Positions 1 through 14,034 of a stretch of DNA of 64,000 bases are shown one piece after another; the stretch's first letter is position 1, and each line of letters begins with the position of its first letter. The stretch is from assembly GCF_011045215.1 (NCBI RefSeq), contig NZ_CP049201.1; one strand, 5' to 3'. The notes below the pieces were generated by a model, which made no database searches, was not told the origin of the DNA, and was given only the letters and a program-made list of their open reading frames with translations. The stretch is from Escherichia coli (GTDB taxonomy: Bacteria > Pseudomonadota > Gammaproteobacteria > Enterobacterales > Enterobacteriaceae). The position numbers were made by a program, and so were the translations under genes.

Positions 1-503
1 GTAACAGTAGGAAGCGGATCACTGGAATTCAGGTTGATCTGCATCGATGCCGTGGTGGTAGTTTTCGCTGCCATCAGGGTATTCGGGATCGAAATATTGG
101 TCGGATTCGCCCCTTGCTGAATAGTCGGCGGCGTACCGGTTGCCGGGTAACCCGTCAGCTGTAAACCTTGCATATTCACCAGGTTACGGTTTTCATCCAG
201 CTTAAATTGTCCGTTACGGCTGTAGAACACCGAACCGTTGCTGTCTACCAGACGGAAAAAACCGTTCTGGCTGATAGCAACGTCCAGACCTCGCCCGGTG
301 TTGGTGGTCGTGCCATCGGTAAAGTCCTGAGTGATACCGGCAACTTTTACCCCCAGTCCCACTTTCGAACCGGCAAACATATCGGCAAAAGAGGCCGTGC
401 CTGATTTAAAGCCGTAGGTGGCGGAGTTGGCGATATTGTTGCCAATAACATCGAGGTTGGTGGCGGCAGCGTTTAATCCGCTAACCGCTTGAGAAAAGGC
501 CAT
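1..503 (-). CDS. flgE: Flagellar hook protein FlgE, N-terminal part (gene continues past window start)
   Basis: Reverse-strand ATG at 503-501 reads MAFSQAVSG..., the conserved hook/rod N-terminus. It follows flgD in flgBCDE order. It is absent from the ORF track because no stop lies in the window. Confidence 0.9.
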   Translation of the reverse strand, partial: MAFSQAVSGLNAAATNLDVIGNNIANSATYGFKSGTASFADMFAGSKVGLGVKVAGITQDFTDGTTTNTGRGLDVAISQNGFFRLVDSNGSVFYSRNGQFKLDENRNLVNMQGLQLTGYPATGTPPTIQQGANPTNISIPNTLMAAKTTTTASMQINLNSSDPLPTV

Positions 504-527
504 GACTGACTCCTGAAATGTGAAGGC

Positions 528-1223
528 TTAAATTATCTGCCGTACTTCGTCGAGGGTGGTGGTGCCGTAAGTGCCGAGATCCAGCGTATTACCGCTGTTG
601 CCGCGGATCACACCCTGCACCAGAGCAAACTGCAGCGGCTGGGCAACCAGTTGTGTACCACCGTTACTGGCGCTAATCGCTACATTGTAAGAACCGTTCG
701 GCGCAGTGCTGCCGTCAGTCAACGTACCGTCCCAGGTGAAACTGTGAACTCCGGCGGTCAGTTCACCAATATCAATGGTGCGCACAACCGCACCATTTTT
801 ATCGGTGATGGTGGCCGTAACTTTGTCTGCCGCCTGTTGCAGCTCAACACCAAACGGCGTGGTCGTGGTCACAGCTCCTTCTTCACTGCCGGTTCCCGCA
901 AGAACAGTGGTGCCGGGGATCATCACGCCGTGACCGATCAGGTTACTGGCCTGTAACGACTGGCTGTTATCAATCTGTCCGGAAATAGATCCGAGTGTGG
1001 TATTGAGTTTTTCAATCCCGCTGACCGTGCTGATTTGTGCCAATTGCGACGTCAGCTCGTTGTTTTCCATTGGATTGGTCGGGTCCTGGTTTTTCAGCTG
1101 CGCCACCAGCAAAGTCAGAAAACTGCTTTGTAAATCTGCGGCGTTGCTGCCCGTGAGCGAACTACTGCTGGTGGTACTGACGCCGGTATTTGTCGGATCG
1201 GTGGTGGTTACCGCAATGGACAT
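528..1223 (-). CDS. flgD: Flagellar hook assembly/capping protein FlgD
   Basis: 231 aa, MSIAVTTTDPTNTG...LTLLVAQLKNQDPTNPM motif. Position is between flgC and flgE. Confidence 0.95.
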   Translation of the reverse strand: MSIAVTTTDPTNTGVSTTSSSSLTGSNAADLQSSFLTLLVAQLKNQDPTNPMENNELTSQLAQISTVSGIEKLNTTLGSISGQIDNSQSLQASNLIGHGVMIPGTTVLAGTGSEEGAVTTTTPFGVELQQAADKVTATITDKNGAVVRTIDIGELTAGVHSFTWDGTLTDGSTAPNGSYNVAISASNGGTQLVAQPLQFALVQGVIRGNSGNTLDLGTYGTTTLDEVRQII

Positions 1224-1234
1224 AGCTTTCTCCT

Positions 1235-1639
1235 TTATTGACCGAGCGTAAGGGTTTTCAGCATCATGCTTTTCACCGTGTTGAGCACTTCAACGTTGGC
1301 CTGATAGCTGCGTGACGCCGACATGGTGTTAACCATCTCCCCGACGACATCAACGTTCGGCATTTTTACGTAGCCCTTTGCATCTGCCAGCGGATTACCC
1401 GGTTCATAAACCAGTTTGTCCGGGGCCTGACTTTCTATAACATCGGCAACCTTTACGCCGCCTGTCGCAGCACCTGGTGCAGCGTTAACCTGGAATACCA
1501 CCTGTTTTGCCCGATATGGCTGTCCATCAGGACCGGTCACGCTATCAGCATTTGCCAGATTACTGGCCGCCACGTTCAGGCGCTGGGACTGGGCAGTTAA
1601 CGCCGACCCGGCGATATCAAAAATATTCAGCAGTGCCAT
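1235..1639 (-). CDS. flgC: Flagellar basal-body rod protein FlgC
   Basis: 134 aa, [31 protein letters not shown] rod-protein N-terminus. Confidence 0.95.
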
Positions 1640-1642
1640 CCG

Positions 1643-2059
1643 TTAATTTCCGCTCTGTAAAACGTTCATCATGCCTTTGATTTGCCCGCTCAACGCGCTA
1701 AGGCTCATCTGGTATTGCAGGCTGTTATCGGCAAACTGGGTGCGTTCGCGATCCATATCGACGGTATTACCGTCAAGCGAAGGCTGGTCCGGAATACGGT
1801 ATTGCAGTTCTGCGGTAGGAGGCGTCAGCGCCTGCGCCGGGATGTGTTGCGTTGAGGTCATCGTCAGTGCAACCACACTGGTTGCATCCCGTCCACGTTG
1901 CATGACTTTTTTAAGTTCACTGGCAAAATCGATATCGCGCGCCTGATAACCAGGGGTATCGGCATTGGCGATGTTTGCTGCCAGCACTTCCTGACGCTGG
2001 GCGCGCAGATTGAGCGCCTCTTGTTGAAAACGTAAGGCGGCGTCGAGCTTATCGAGCAT
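1643..2059 (-). CDS. flgB: Flagellar basal-body rod protein FlgB
   Basis: 138 aa, [38 protein letters not shown]. First gene of the flgB operon. Confidence 0.95.
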
Positions 2060-2214
2060 ATCTCCTCCGCAGGTATCAAAATTCTGCCATCAGCTTAAAT
2101 GCCTTTACGCGCGCGTTATCGGCGGAATAAACGCAAAATGGGTCGCTATTTATGCCGTTGATGACCATTGCGGACAGGTACAATTTACGTTGTAGAAATG
2201 GCTGGGGGGCGAAA
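2060..2214. promoter_or_regulatory. Divergent flgB / flgA promoter region (class 2 flagellar promoters expected)
   Basis: 155-bp gap between divergently oriented flgB and flgA. The function is assigned from the known K-12 arrangement. I did not map individual boxes. Confidence 0.5.
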
Positions 2215-2874
2215 ATGCTGGCAATAAAACGTAGCGTGGCGATCATTGCGATACTGTTCAGTCCGTTAAGTGCGGCGAGCAATCTCACATCGCAATTGCA
2301 AACCTTTTTTAGCGCCCAGCTCGCGGGGGTAAGTGATGAGGTTCGTGTTTCTATTCGTACAGCGCCCAATCTACTACCGCCGTGCGAGCAGCCATTGCTT
2401 TCGATGAGCAATAATTCCCGCCTGTGGGGCAATGTGAATGTGTTGGCACGCTGCGGTAACGACAAACGATATTTACAGGTTAATGTACAGGCCACAGGAA
2501 ATTTTGTGGTTGCCGCGATGCCCATTGCGCGGGGAGGAAAGCTGGAAGCTGGCAATGTCAAACTGAAACGCGGACGGCTGGATACCCTGCCACCGCGTAC
2601 GGTGCTGGATATCAATCAACTTGTTGATGCCATTAGCCTGCGCGATCTATCACCCGATCAACCAATCCAGTTAACCCAGTTTCGCCAGGCATGGCGGGTA
2701 AAAGCGGGACAACGCGTCAATGTGATCGCCAGCGGTGATGGGTTTAGCGCCAACGCAGAAGGTCAGGCGCTGAACAATGCAGCCGTCGCACAGAATGCGC
2801 GGGTGCGCATGGTATCGGGACAGGTAGTCAGCGGCGTTGTTGATGCAGATGGGAATATTCTTATAAACCTGTAA
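2215..2874 (+). CDS. flgA: Flagellar P-ring assembly chaperone FlgA
   Basis: An internal Met of the 240-aa ORF gives the 219-aa MLAIKRSVAIIAILFSPLSAASN... protein, which has a signal peptide and matches the K-12 FlgA length. Confidence 0.9.
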   Translation: MLAIKRSVAIIAILFSPLSAASNLTSQLQTFFSAQLAGVSDEVRVSIRTAPNLLPPCEQPLLSMSNNSRLWGNVNVLARCGNDKRYLQVNVQATGNFVVAAMPIARGGKLEAGNVKLKRGRLDTLPPRTVLDINQLVDAISLRDLSPDQPIQLTQFRQAWRVKAGQRVNVIASGDGFSANAEGQALNNAAVAQNARVRMVSGQVVSGVVDADGNILINL

Positions 2875-2949
2875 GCTGTTAAAGATTACCCGTCCCTTGC
2901 CGATAAATAAGCAACACATGATAAAAGCGCCCTCAATGAGGAATAAACC

Positions 2950-3243
2950 ATGAGTATTGATCGCACTTCGCCTCTGAAGCCTGTAAGCACCGTTCAACCG
3001 CGCGAAACCACTGACGCGCCGGTAACGAACACCCGAGCGGCAAAAACAACAGCCTCCACCAGCACCAGTGTGACGTTAAGCGACGCGCAAGCAAAACTGA
3101 TGCAACCCGGCAGCAGTGATATCAATCTTGAACGTGTCGAAGCGTTAAAACTGGCGATTCGTAACGGTGAACTAAAAATGGACACCGGCAAAATTGCCGA
3201 TGCGCTGATCAACGAAGCGCAGCAAGACTTGCAGAGTAACTGA
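2950..3243 (+). CDS. flgM: Anti-sigma-28 factor FlgM
   Basis: 97 aa, [25 protein letters not shown]... Confidence 0.95.
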   Translation: MSIDRTSPLKPVSTVQPRETTDAPVTNTRAAKTTASTSTSVTLSDAQAKLMQPGSSDINLERVEALKLAIRNGELKMDTGKIADALINEAQQDLQSN

Positions 3244-3247
3244 TCGT

Positions 3248-3664
3248 ATGACACGTCTTGCAGAGATCCTCGACCAGATGTCCGCTGTGCTTAACGATCT
3301 CAAAACGGTAATGGATCAAGAACAGCAACATCTCTCTATGGGGCAGATCAACGGCAGCCAGTTGCAATGGATTACAGAACAAAAAAGCTCACTGCTGGCG
3401 ACGCTGGATTACCTCGAACAGTTACGCAAGAAAGAACCCAATACAGCAAATAGCGTTGATATTAGTCAACGCTGGCAGGAAATTACTGTGAAAACGCAGC
3501 AACTACGCCAAATGAATCAACATAACGGCTGGTTACTGGAAGGACAGATTGAGCGCAATCAACAGGCGCTGGAAATGTTGAAACCGCATCAGGAACCGAC
3601 GCTATATGGGGCGAACGGTCAGACCTCAACAACCCATCGCGGCGGTAAAAAGATTTCGATCTGA
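3248..3664 (+). CDS. flgN: Flagellar export chaperone FlgN
   Basis: 138 aa, MTRLAEILDQMSAVLNDLKTVMDQEQQHL. Follows flgM after a 4-nt gap. Confidence 0.95.
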   Translation: MTRLAEILDQMSAVLNDLKTVMDQEQQHLSMGQINGSQLQWITEQKSSLLATLDYLEQLRKKEPNTANSVDISQRWQEITVKTQQLRQMNQHNGWLLEGQIERNQQALEMLKPHQEPTLYGANGQTSTTHRGGKKISI

Positions 3665-3703
3665 ATATTATCTCCGGCCTGCACTGCAGGCCGGAATGCA
3701 TTG

Positions 3704-5326
<1,623 letters not shown>

Positions 5327-5348
5327 CTACCGCCAGATGTTACAGGGT

Positions 5349-6272
5349 TTATTCACTCATCGCATCGCGCCAGATCTTGTCAACGATACGTTGCGCCAGC
5401 ACGGCCTGTTCGCCGGCGGTTTGCGGAACTGTCTGATTTTGCACACATTCAATGAAGTGCCGCGCACAGCCGACAAATCCACGTTGTTCAAGAGTGCTCT
5501 GCCAACCAGGAATCGGTTTATGCACTACGCCCTGCCCGCGCTCCTCACGCCATTCGCGCATATCCGTAATGTCGATGAGCGCACCGTCAGTCACGGCCTG
5601 CACGGTTTCACGCTGACTTCCGGCACGGCGATGCATACAGGTGGTGATCTGCAAAGGACCAGCCGAAAAATGGTGCTCGGCAAACAGCATTTCGCCAGCG
5701 TCGTTAGTCAGTAGCGTACCGCCATCCAGAGAGGCTTTGCCACCCGACAACCACAGCGCGGTATCCACCACATGCAGATAATCATCCAGCAACGTGAAAT
5801 AAAGATCGTGTGGCCCGACGCTATTGCTACGATGTTTATCCATTCTTAGCGAAGCTGCGGTGGCGAGTTGCGTTTTTAACTCTCCGTAGAGTGGTGCGAA
5901 ACGACGGTTAAAACCGACCATCAACGTCAGTTTTTTCCGCGCCGCCAGTTCCACCAGCCGTTCAGCATCGCGCAGATTTTCTGCCAGCGGTTTATCGACA
6001 CAGACATGTACCCCCGCATTGAGTAACGTACTGACCACGTCAAAGTGGCTGGCGGTGCTGGAATGCACAAAAACCGCATCGCAACTGGCGGCAAGGCTGG
6101 ATAACGAATCGGCATAAGGAATGCGCCAGCTTTCACAAATTGGCAGGGCTTTCGCGCGCGTAGGCGACCAGGCTCCTTGTAACATCCAGTCAGACGCTGC
6201 CGCCAGCACCGGTAACCACGCTTTTTGCGCAATGCCGCCTAATCCCACAACGCCGATACGTAATTTTTTCAC
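5349..6272 (-). CDS. yceM: Predicted NAD(P)-dependent oxidoreductase YceM (MviM), Gfo/Idh/MocA family
   Basis: (V)KKLRIGVVGLGGIAQKAW Rossmann N-terminus. A GTG start gives 307 aa. The start lies next to the yceH stop. Confidence 0.85.
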   Translation of the reverse strand: MKKLRIGVVGLGGIAQKAWLPVLAAASDWMLQGAWSPTRAKALPICESWRIPYADSLSSLAASCDAVFVHSSTASHFDVVSTLLNAGVHVCVDKPLAENLRDAERLVELAARKKLTLMVGFNRRFAPLYGELKTQLATAASLRMDKHRSNSVGPHDLYFTLLDDYLHVVDTALWLSGGKASLDGGTLLTNDAGEMLFAEHHFSAGPLQITTCMHRRAGSQRETVQAVTDGALIDITDMREWREERGQGVVHKPIPGWQSTLEQRGFVGCARHFIECVQNQTVPQTAGEQAVLAQRIVDKIWRDAMSE

Positions 6273-6273
6273 T

Positions 6274-7516
<1,243 letters not shown>

Positions 7517-7751
7517 TCTATACCTACTCCTTCCCGTAACGTCTTTAATACGCTGTAAGTATTACTATACCTGCGCAACCAGACCCTGTGAAAAGTCCAA
7601 AATGCCATTTTCTGCATTATTCACATATTTGATAAAAACTCTCTATCAAAGCGACGTTTTGATAAAAAAATATTGTCCCCTAAGTGATGGGAAAAGTCTT
7701 AGCGGCAATGCAGAATAGAAAGTGCTCATCTTTTATTTCCCGGGAGGGGAA

Positions 7752-8960
7752 ATGTCCCGCGTATCGCAGGCGAGGAACCTGGGTAAATATTTCCTGCTCA
7801 TCGATAATATGCTGGTCGTGCTGGGGTTCTTTGTTGTCTTCCCGCTGATCTCTATCCGCTTCGTTGATCAAATGGGCTGGGCCGCCGTCATGGTCGGTAT
7901 TGCTCTCGGTCTACGCCAGTTTATTCAGCAAGGTCTGGGTATTTTCGGCGGCGCAATTGCCGACCGCTTTGGTGCCAAACCGATGATTGTTACCGGTATG
8001 CTGATGCGCGCCGCCGGATTCGCCACAATGGGTATCGCCCACGAACCGTGGCTATTGTGGTTTTCATGCCTGCTCTCGGGACTCGGCGGCACGTTGTTTG
8101 ATCCGCCGCGTTCGGCGCTGGTGGTGAAACTAATCCGTCCACAACAACGTGGTCGTTTTTTCTCGCTGTTGATGATGCAGGACAGTGCCGGTGCGGTCAT
8201 TGGCGCATTGTTGGGGAGCTGGCTGTTGCAATACGACTTTCGCCTGGTCTGCGCCACAGGGGCCGTTTTGTTTGTGCTGTGTGCGGCGTTCAATGCGTGG
8301 TTGTTACCGGCATGGAAACTCTCCACCGTACGCACGCCCGTTCGCGAAGGCATGACCCGCGTGATGCGTGACAAGCGTTTTGTCACCTATGTCCTGACGC
8401 TGGCGGGTTACTACATGCTGGCTGTACAAGTGATGCTGATGCTGCCAATTATGGTCAACGACGTGGCTGGCGCACCCTCTGCCGTTAAATGGATGTATGC
8501 CATTGAAGCGTGTCTGTCGTTAACGTTGCTCTACCCTATCGCCCGCTGGAGTGAAAAGCATTTTCGTCTGGAACACCGGTTGATGGCTGGGCTGTTGATA
8601 ATGTCATTAAGCATGATGCCGGTGGGCATGGTCAGCGGCCTGCAACAACTTTTCACCCTGATTTGTCTGTTTTATATCGGGTCGATCATTGCCGAGCCTG
8701 CGCGTGAAACCTTAAGTGCTTCGCTGGCGGACGCAAGAGCTCGCGGCAGCTATATGGGGTTTAGCCGTCTGGGTCTGGCGATTGGCGGCGCTATTGGTTA
8801 TATCGGTGGTGGCTGGCTGTTTGACCTGGGCAAATCGGCGCACCAGCCAGAGCTTCCGTGGATGATGCTGGGCATTATTGGCATCTTCACTTTCCTTGCG
8901 CTGGGTTGGCAGTTTAGCCAGAAACGTGCCGCGCGTCGTTTGCTGGAACGCGACGCCTGA
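7752..8960 (+). CDS. mdtH: MFS multidrug efflux transporter MdtH (YceL)
   Basis: 402 aa from the internal Met [25 protein letters not shown]. 12-TM MFS pattern. Confidence 0.9.
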
Positions 8961-9023
8961 TTTGATACTCCCCCCTGACTCCTCCATACTGAAAGTGAAC
9001 TGACAGCCAAATGGAGGAGTCAC

Positions 9024-9671
9024 GTGAAGCTATACATTTACGATCACTGCCCTTACTGCCTCAAAGCCCGCATGATTTTCGGCCTGAAAAATATCCCCGT
9101 CGAATTACATGTTCTGCTCAACGACGACGCAGAAACACCCACCCGGATGGTCGGTCAAAAACAGGTTCCCATTCTGCAAAAAGATGACAGCCGCTATATG
9201 CCAGAAAGCATGGATATCGTTCACTATGTCGATAAACTCGACGGCAAACCGTTACTGACCGGCAAACGTTCCCCTGCAATTGAAGAGTGGCTGCGCAAGG
9301 TCAATGGCTACGCCAACAAACTGCTGTTGCCGCGTTTTGCCAAATCGGCATTTGATGAGTTTTCTACTCCCGCCGCGCGCAAATATTTCGTCGACAAGAA
9401 AGAGGCCAGCGCGGGTAATTTTGCCGACCTGCTGGCCCACTCTGACGGTCTGATTAAGAATATCAGCGATGATTTACGTGCGCTGGACAAACTGATCGTC
9501 AAACCGAACGCCGTGAATGGCGAACTTTCGGAAGATGATATTCAGCTATTTCCACTACTGCGTAATCTGACGCTGGTAGCCGGAATCAACTGGCCAAGCC
9601 GCGTTGCTGATTACCGCGATAATATGGCGAAACAGACACAAATCAATTTGTTATCCTCAATGGCGATTTAA
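9024..9671 (+). CDS. grxB: Glutaredoxin 2
   Basis: 215 aa, MKLYIYDHCPYCLKARMIFGL with the CPYC active site. GTG start at 9024. Confidence 0.95.
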   Translation: MKLYIYDHCPYCLKARMIFGLKNIPVELHVLLNDDAETPTRMVGQKQVPILQKDDSRYMPESMDIVHYVDKLDGKPLLTGKRSPAIEEWLRKVNGYANKLLLPRFAKSAFDEFSTPAARKYFVDKKEASAGNFADLLAHSDGLIKNISDDLRALDKLIVKPNAVNGELSEDDIQLFPLLRNLTLVAGINWPSRVADYRDNMAKQTQINLLSSMAI

Positions 9672-9804
9672 TCCTGACCCGCCGCGGCAGCCTGTATTCG
9701 CGGGTTGCCGCCGTTTTCAGTTTTTTCTGCTGGCGAGTTTATCGCTGGTGACACATGCTGCGTTGTGTCAGGATATTGACGCAGATTTCATGTCGAGGAC
9801 TACC

Positions 9805-10365
9805 ATGAACAAGTTTTTATTTGCCGCTGCATTGATCGTCAGTGGCCTGCTCGTTGGCTGTAATCAACTCACCCAATACACCATCACCGAACAAGAAATT
9901 AACCAGTCGCTTGCGAAACATAATAATTTCTCAAAAGATATCGGTTTACCCGGCGTGGCTGACGCCCATATTGTTCTGACAAACTTGACCAGCCAAATTG
10001 GTCGCGAAGAGCCGAATAAGGTTACCCTAACCGGAGACGCCAATCTGGACATGAACTCCCTGTTCGGTAGTCAGAAAGCGACCATGAAACTGAAGCTGAA
10101 AGCGCTGCCCGTGTTTGATAAAGAAAAAGGTGCGATCTTCCTGAAAGAGATGGAAGTGGTCGATGCGACGGTACAACCGGAAAAAATGCAAACGGTGATG
10201 CAAACGTTGCTTCCCTATTTGAACCAGGCATTACGCAATTACTTTAACCAGCAACCTGCTTACGTCCTGCGCGAAGATGGCAGTCAGGGCGAAGCAATGG
10301 CGAAAAAACTGGCGAAAGGCATTGAAGTGAAGCCAGGCGAAATTGTCATTCCGTTTACGGATTAA
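9805..10365 (+). CDS. yceB: Lipoprotein YceB
   Basis: 186 aa from ATG 9805, MNKFLFAAALIVSGLLVGC lipobox. The longer 253-aa ORF start was rejected. Confidence 0.9.
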   Translation: MNKFLFAAALIVSGLLVGCNQLTQYTITEQEINQSLAKHNNFSKDIGLPGVADAHIVLTNLTSQIGREEPNKVTLTGDANLDMNSLFGSQKATMKLKLKALPVFDKEKGAIFLKEMEVVDATVQPEKMQTVMQTLLPYLNQALRNYFNQQPAYVLREDGSQGEAMAKKLAKGIEVKPGEIVIPFTD

Positions 10366-10370
10366 TGACG

Positions 10371-10396
10371 AGGGCGCATTCGCGCCCTTTATTTTT
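10371..10396 (+). terminator. Rho-independent terminator after yceB
   Basis: AGGGCGC-attc-GCGCCCT stem followed by TTATTTTT. Confidence 0.7.
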
Positions 10397-10401
10397 CGTG
10401 C

Positions 10402-10421
10402 AAAGGAAAACGTTTCCGCTT
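10402..10421. promoter_or_regulatory. PurR operator upstream of pyrC
   Basis: Palindromic GGAAAACGTTTCC core fits the PurR box (ACGCAAACGTTTTC-like). pyrC is a known PurR target. Confidence 0.6.
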
Positions 10422-10431
10422 ATCCTTTGTG

Positions 10432-10458
10432 TCCGGCAAAAACATCCCTTCAGCCGGA
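10432..10458 (+). promoter_or_regulatory. pyrC leader hairpin that can sequester the Shine-Dalgarno
   Basis: TCCGGC ... GCCGGA inverted repeat whose 3' arm overlaps the GGAG just before ATG 10471. This is the known pyrimidine-dependent start-site/translation control. Confidence 0.6.
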
Positions 10459-10470
10459 GCATAGAGATTA

Positions 10471-11517
10471 ATGACTGCACCATCCCAGGTATTAAAGATC
10501 CGCCGCCCAGACGACTGGCACCTTCACCTCCGCGATGGCGACATGTTAAAAACTGTCGTGCCGTATACCAGCGAAATTTATGGACGGGCTATTGTAATGC
10601 CCAATCTGGCTCCGCCCGTGACCACTGTTGAGGCTGCCGTGGCGTATCGCCAGCGTATTCTTGATGCCGTACCTGCCGGGCACGATTTCACCCCATTGAT
10701 GACCTGTTATTTAACAGATTCGCTGGATCCTAATGAGCTGGAGCGCGGATTTAATGAAGGCGTGTTCACCGCTGCAAAACTTTACCCGGCAAACGCAACC
10801 ACTAACTCCAGCCACGGCGTGACGTCAATTGACGCAATCATGCCGGTACTTGAGCGCATGGAAAAAATCGGTATGCCGCTACTGGTGCATGGTGAAGTGA
10901 CACATGCAGATATCGACATTTTTGATCGTGAAGCGCGCTTTATAGAAAGCGTGATGGAACCTCTGCGCCAGCGCCTGACTGCGCTGAAAGTCGTTTTTGA
11001 GCACATCACCACCAAAGATGCTGCCGACTATGTCCGTGACGGAAATGAACGGCTGGCTGCCACCATCACTCCGCAGCATCTGATGTTTAACCGCAACCAT
11101 ATGCTGGTTGGTGGCGTGCGTCCGCACCTGTATTGTTTACCCATCCTCAAACGCAATATTCACCAACAGGCATTGCGTGAACTGGTCGCCAGCGGTTTTA
11201 ATCGAGTATTCCTCGGTACGGATTCTGCGCCACATGCACGTCATCGCAAAGAGAGCAGTTGCGGCTGCGCGGGCTGCTTCAACGCCCCAACCGCGCTGGG
11301 CAGTTACGCTACCGTCTTTGAAGAGATGAATGCTCTGCAGCACTTTGAAGCATTCTGTTCTGTAAACGGCCCGCAGTTCTATGGCTTGCCGGTCAACGAC
11401 ACATTCATCGAACTGGTACGTGAAGAGCAACAGGTTGCTGAAAGCATCGCACTGACTGATGACACCCTGGTGCCATTCCTCGCCGGGGAAACGGTACGCT
11501 GGTCCGTTAAACAATAA
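10471..11517 (+). CDS. pyrC: Dihydroorotase
   Basis: 348 aa, [26 protein letters not shown] with the HxH metal motif. Confidence 0.95.
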
Positions 11518-11551
11518 AAATCGTAGCTTCCTGTTGTCATTAGGTTATTTT

Positions 11552-11571
11552 ACCTGTATAAATAACCAGTA
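11552..11571. promoter_or_regulatory. LexA (SOS) box of dinI
   Basis: ACCTGTATAAATAACCAGTA has a perfect CTG-N10-CAG core 20 bp upstream of the dinI ATG. Confidence 0.75.
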
Positions 11572-11590
11572 TATTCAACAGGGGGCTATT

Positions 11591-11836
11591 ATGCGAATTG
11601 AAGTCACCATAGCGAAAACTTCTCCATTGCCAGCTGGGGCTATTGACGCCCTGGCTGGCGAACTTTCCCGCCGTATTCAGTATGCGTTTCCTGATAATGA
11701 AGGCCACGTATCGGTACGTTATGCCGCAGCGAATAATTTATCGGTTATTGGCGCAACAAAAGAAGATAAACAGCGCATTAGCGAAATTCTCCAGGAAACG
11801 TGGGAAAGCGCCGATGACTGGTTTGTCAGCGAATAA
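11591..11836 (+). CDS. dinI: DNA damage-inducible protein I
   Basis: 81 aa from the internal Met, MRIEVTIAKTSPLPAGAIDALAGELSRRI. Confidence 0.95.
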   Translation: MRIEVTIAKTSPLPAGAIDALAGELSRRIQYAFPDNEGHVSVRYAAANNLSVIGATKEDKQRISEILQETWESADDWFVSE

Positions 11837-12125
11837 TATGCAGTGATTTTTGTTTTTGCCGGGTCGCCCCGGCTTTTTTATTTTACTTACAAATTTTGAG
11901 TACAAAATTTCTACACTTCCTCAAAATAATTGCACAATATGCTAAAAAAATATGAATGACATGCTGTTTTATTGTTCATATAAATCTTAAAAGCAGAAAT
12001 TTATCTGTTCCCCCCTTTAAAAATTCGGTGAATACCCTTACTTATTGGTATACTGAAGTTGCTTCAGATAAAAACGCATTGAACCTCGAATAACGTTGTC
12101 TAGTAACACGAATTAGGGGGCCATG

Positions 12126-12380
12126 ATGGAAAAAAATAATGAAGTCATTCAGACTCATCCGCTCGTAGGGTGGGACATCAGCACCGTTGATAGCTATGAT
12201 GCGCTGATGTTGCGTTTGCACTACCAGACCCCAAATAAGTCCGAGCAGGAAGGGACTGAAGTTGGTCAGACGCTCTGGTTAACCACTGATGTTGCCAGAC
12301 AATTTATTTCGATATTAGAAGCAGGAATCGCCAAAATTGAATCCGGTGATTTCCCGGAAAACGAGTATCGGCGTCATTAA
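12126..12380 (+). CDS. bssS: Biofilm regulator BssS
   Basis: 84 aa, MEKNNEVIQTHPLVGWDISTVDSYDALMLRLHYQ. Confidence 0.9.
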   Translation: MEKNNEVIQTHPLVGWDISTVDSYDALMLRLHYQTPNKSEQEGTEVGQTLWLTTDVARQFISILEAGIAKIESGDFPENEYRRH

Positions 12381-12494
12381 CATGACATGACCATCCACCC
12401 AAAAGGCACCTCACCGGTGCCTTTACCATTTCTGGGTTGTATATCTGCATTCAGTTAATTACTCTGCTTAAACCATGAGAGCAGAGAGAAAAAA

Positions 12495-13613
12495 ATGAAA
12501 TACGATCTCATCATTATTGGCAGCGGTTCCGTAGGCGCTGCCGCCGGGTATTATGCAACCCGCGCCGGTTTAAACGTGCTAATGACCGACGCCCATATGC
12601 CACCGCATCAACACGGCAGCCACCATGGCGATACGCGATTAATTCGCCATGCTTATGGTGAAGGCGAAAAGTATGTCCCGCTGGTCCTCCGCGCGCAAAC
12701 GCTGTGGGATGAACTTTCCCGCCACAACGAAGATGATCCCATTTTTGTACGCTCTGGTGTCATTAACCTCGGCCCGGCTGACTCCGCATTTCTCGCCAAC
12801 GTCGCCCACAGCGCCGAACAGTGGCAACTCAACGTTGAAAAGCTCGATGCGCAAGGGATTATGGCCCGCTGGCCAGAAATACGCGTCCCGGACAACTACA
12901 TCGGCTTATTTGAGACTGATTCCGGTTTTTTGCGCAGCGAACTGGCGATTAAAACCTGGATCCAACTGGCGAAGGAAGCGGGCTGTGCGCAACTGTTCAA
13001 CTGCCCGGTCACCGTAATTCGTCATGACGATGATGGCGTAACTATTGAAACGGTTGACGGTGAGTATCAGGCGAAAAAAGCGATTGTCTGCGCGGGAACA
13101 TGGGTAAAAGACCTGCTCCCGGAGCTGCCTGTCCAGCCCGTACGTAAAGTATTTGCCTGGTATCAGGCCGATGGCCGCTATAGCGTGAAGAATAAATTCC
13201 CGGCGTTTACCGGTGAACTGCCCAATGGCGATCAATATTATGGTTTTCCGGCAGAAAACGACGCGTTGAAGATTGGCAAACATAACGGAGGCCAGGTTAT
13301 CCATTCAGCGGATGAACGTGTTCCGTTTGCGGAAGTGGTCAGCGATGGTTCGGAAGCCTTCCCGTTCTTGCGCAATGTATTGCCGGGTATCGGTTGCTGC
13401 CTGTACGGCGCTGCCTGCACCTATGATAATTCGCCTGACGAAGATTTTATTATCGATACCCTACCCGGCCACGATAATACACTGCTCATTACCGGCCTGA
13501 GTGGGCACGGTTTTAAATTTGCGTCAGTTTTAGGGGAAATAGCTGCCGATTTTGCGCAAGACAAAAAAAGCGATTTTGATTTGACGCCATTCAGGCTTTC
13601 CCGCTTCCAATAA
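12495..13613 (+). CDS. solA: N-methyl-L-tryptophan oxidase
   Basis: 372 aa, [28 protein letters not shown]-binding GxGxxG N-terminus. Confidence 0.95.
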
Positions 13614-13622
13614 TCATCATTA

Positions 13623-13647
13623 CGGCCTCCAGAATGAGGCCGTTTTT
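13623..13647 (+). terminator. Rho-independent terminator after solA
   Basis: CGGCCTC-cagaat-GAGGCCG stem followed by TTTTT. Confidence 0.7.
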
Positions 13648-13660
13648 ACAGGAGTATTTA

Positions 13661-13774
13661 ATGCGTCGGCTGTTGCACTATCTCATCAATAATATTCGCG
13701 AGCATCTGATGCTTTATCTTTTTCTCTGGGGATTGTTGGCAATTATGGATCTGATCTATGTGTTTTATTTTTAG
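13661..13774 (+). CDS. yceO: Small hydrophobic protein YceO
   Basis: 37-codon [40 protein letters not shown], read by hand. It is below the ORF-track cutoff. Position matches K-12 yceO. Confidence 0.5.
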
Positions 13775-14034
13775 TTTTCCGCACTGACATAAACTGACAA
13801 ATATTTAATCTCCCTTTCATTTGGCGTGAAAAATTGAATGAGATTATTCCTGCTTCTACAGCACTCACCAGACATCTCTGATGCTGAACCCACTAAACTT
13901 ATGAAGATTCTTTCATTATTAATTCAAAATTATTGAAATAAAAATAAATATCATTCAATTTGTTATTTTTGTGTTGCAATTCATTCTCCGACACGCCATT
14001 TTCTTTCTCTCGCAAATTCGTATTGGATGCACTT

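Noticed and set aside
2076-2615. 179-aa ORF on the minus strand spanning the flgA region
   Set aside because: It lies antisense to the well-supported flgA gene and the flgA/flgB promoter gap. It has a low-complexity Arg/Ser-rich translation and no family resemblance, so it is a shadow ORF.
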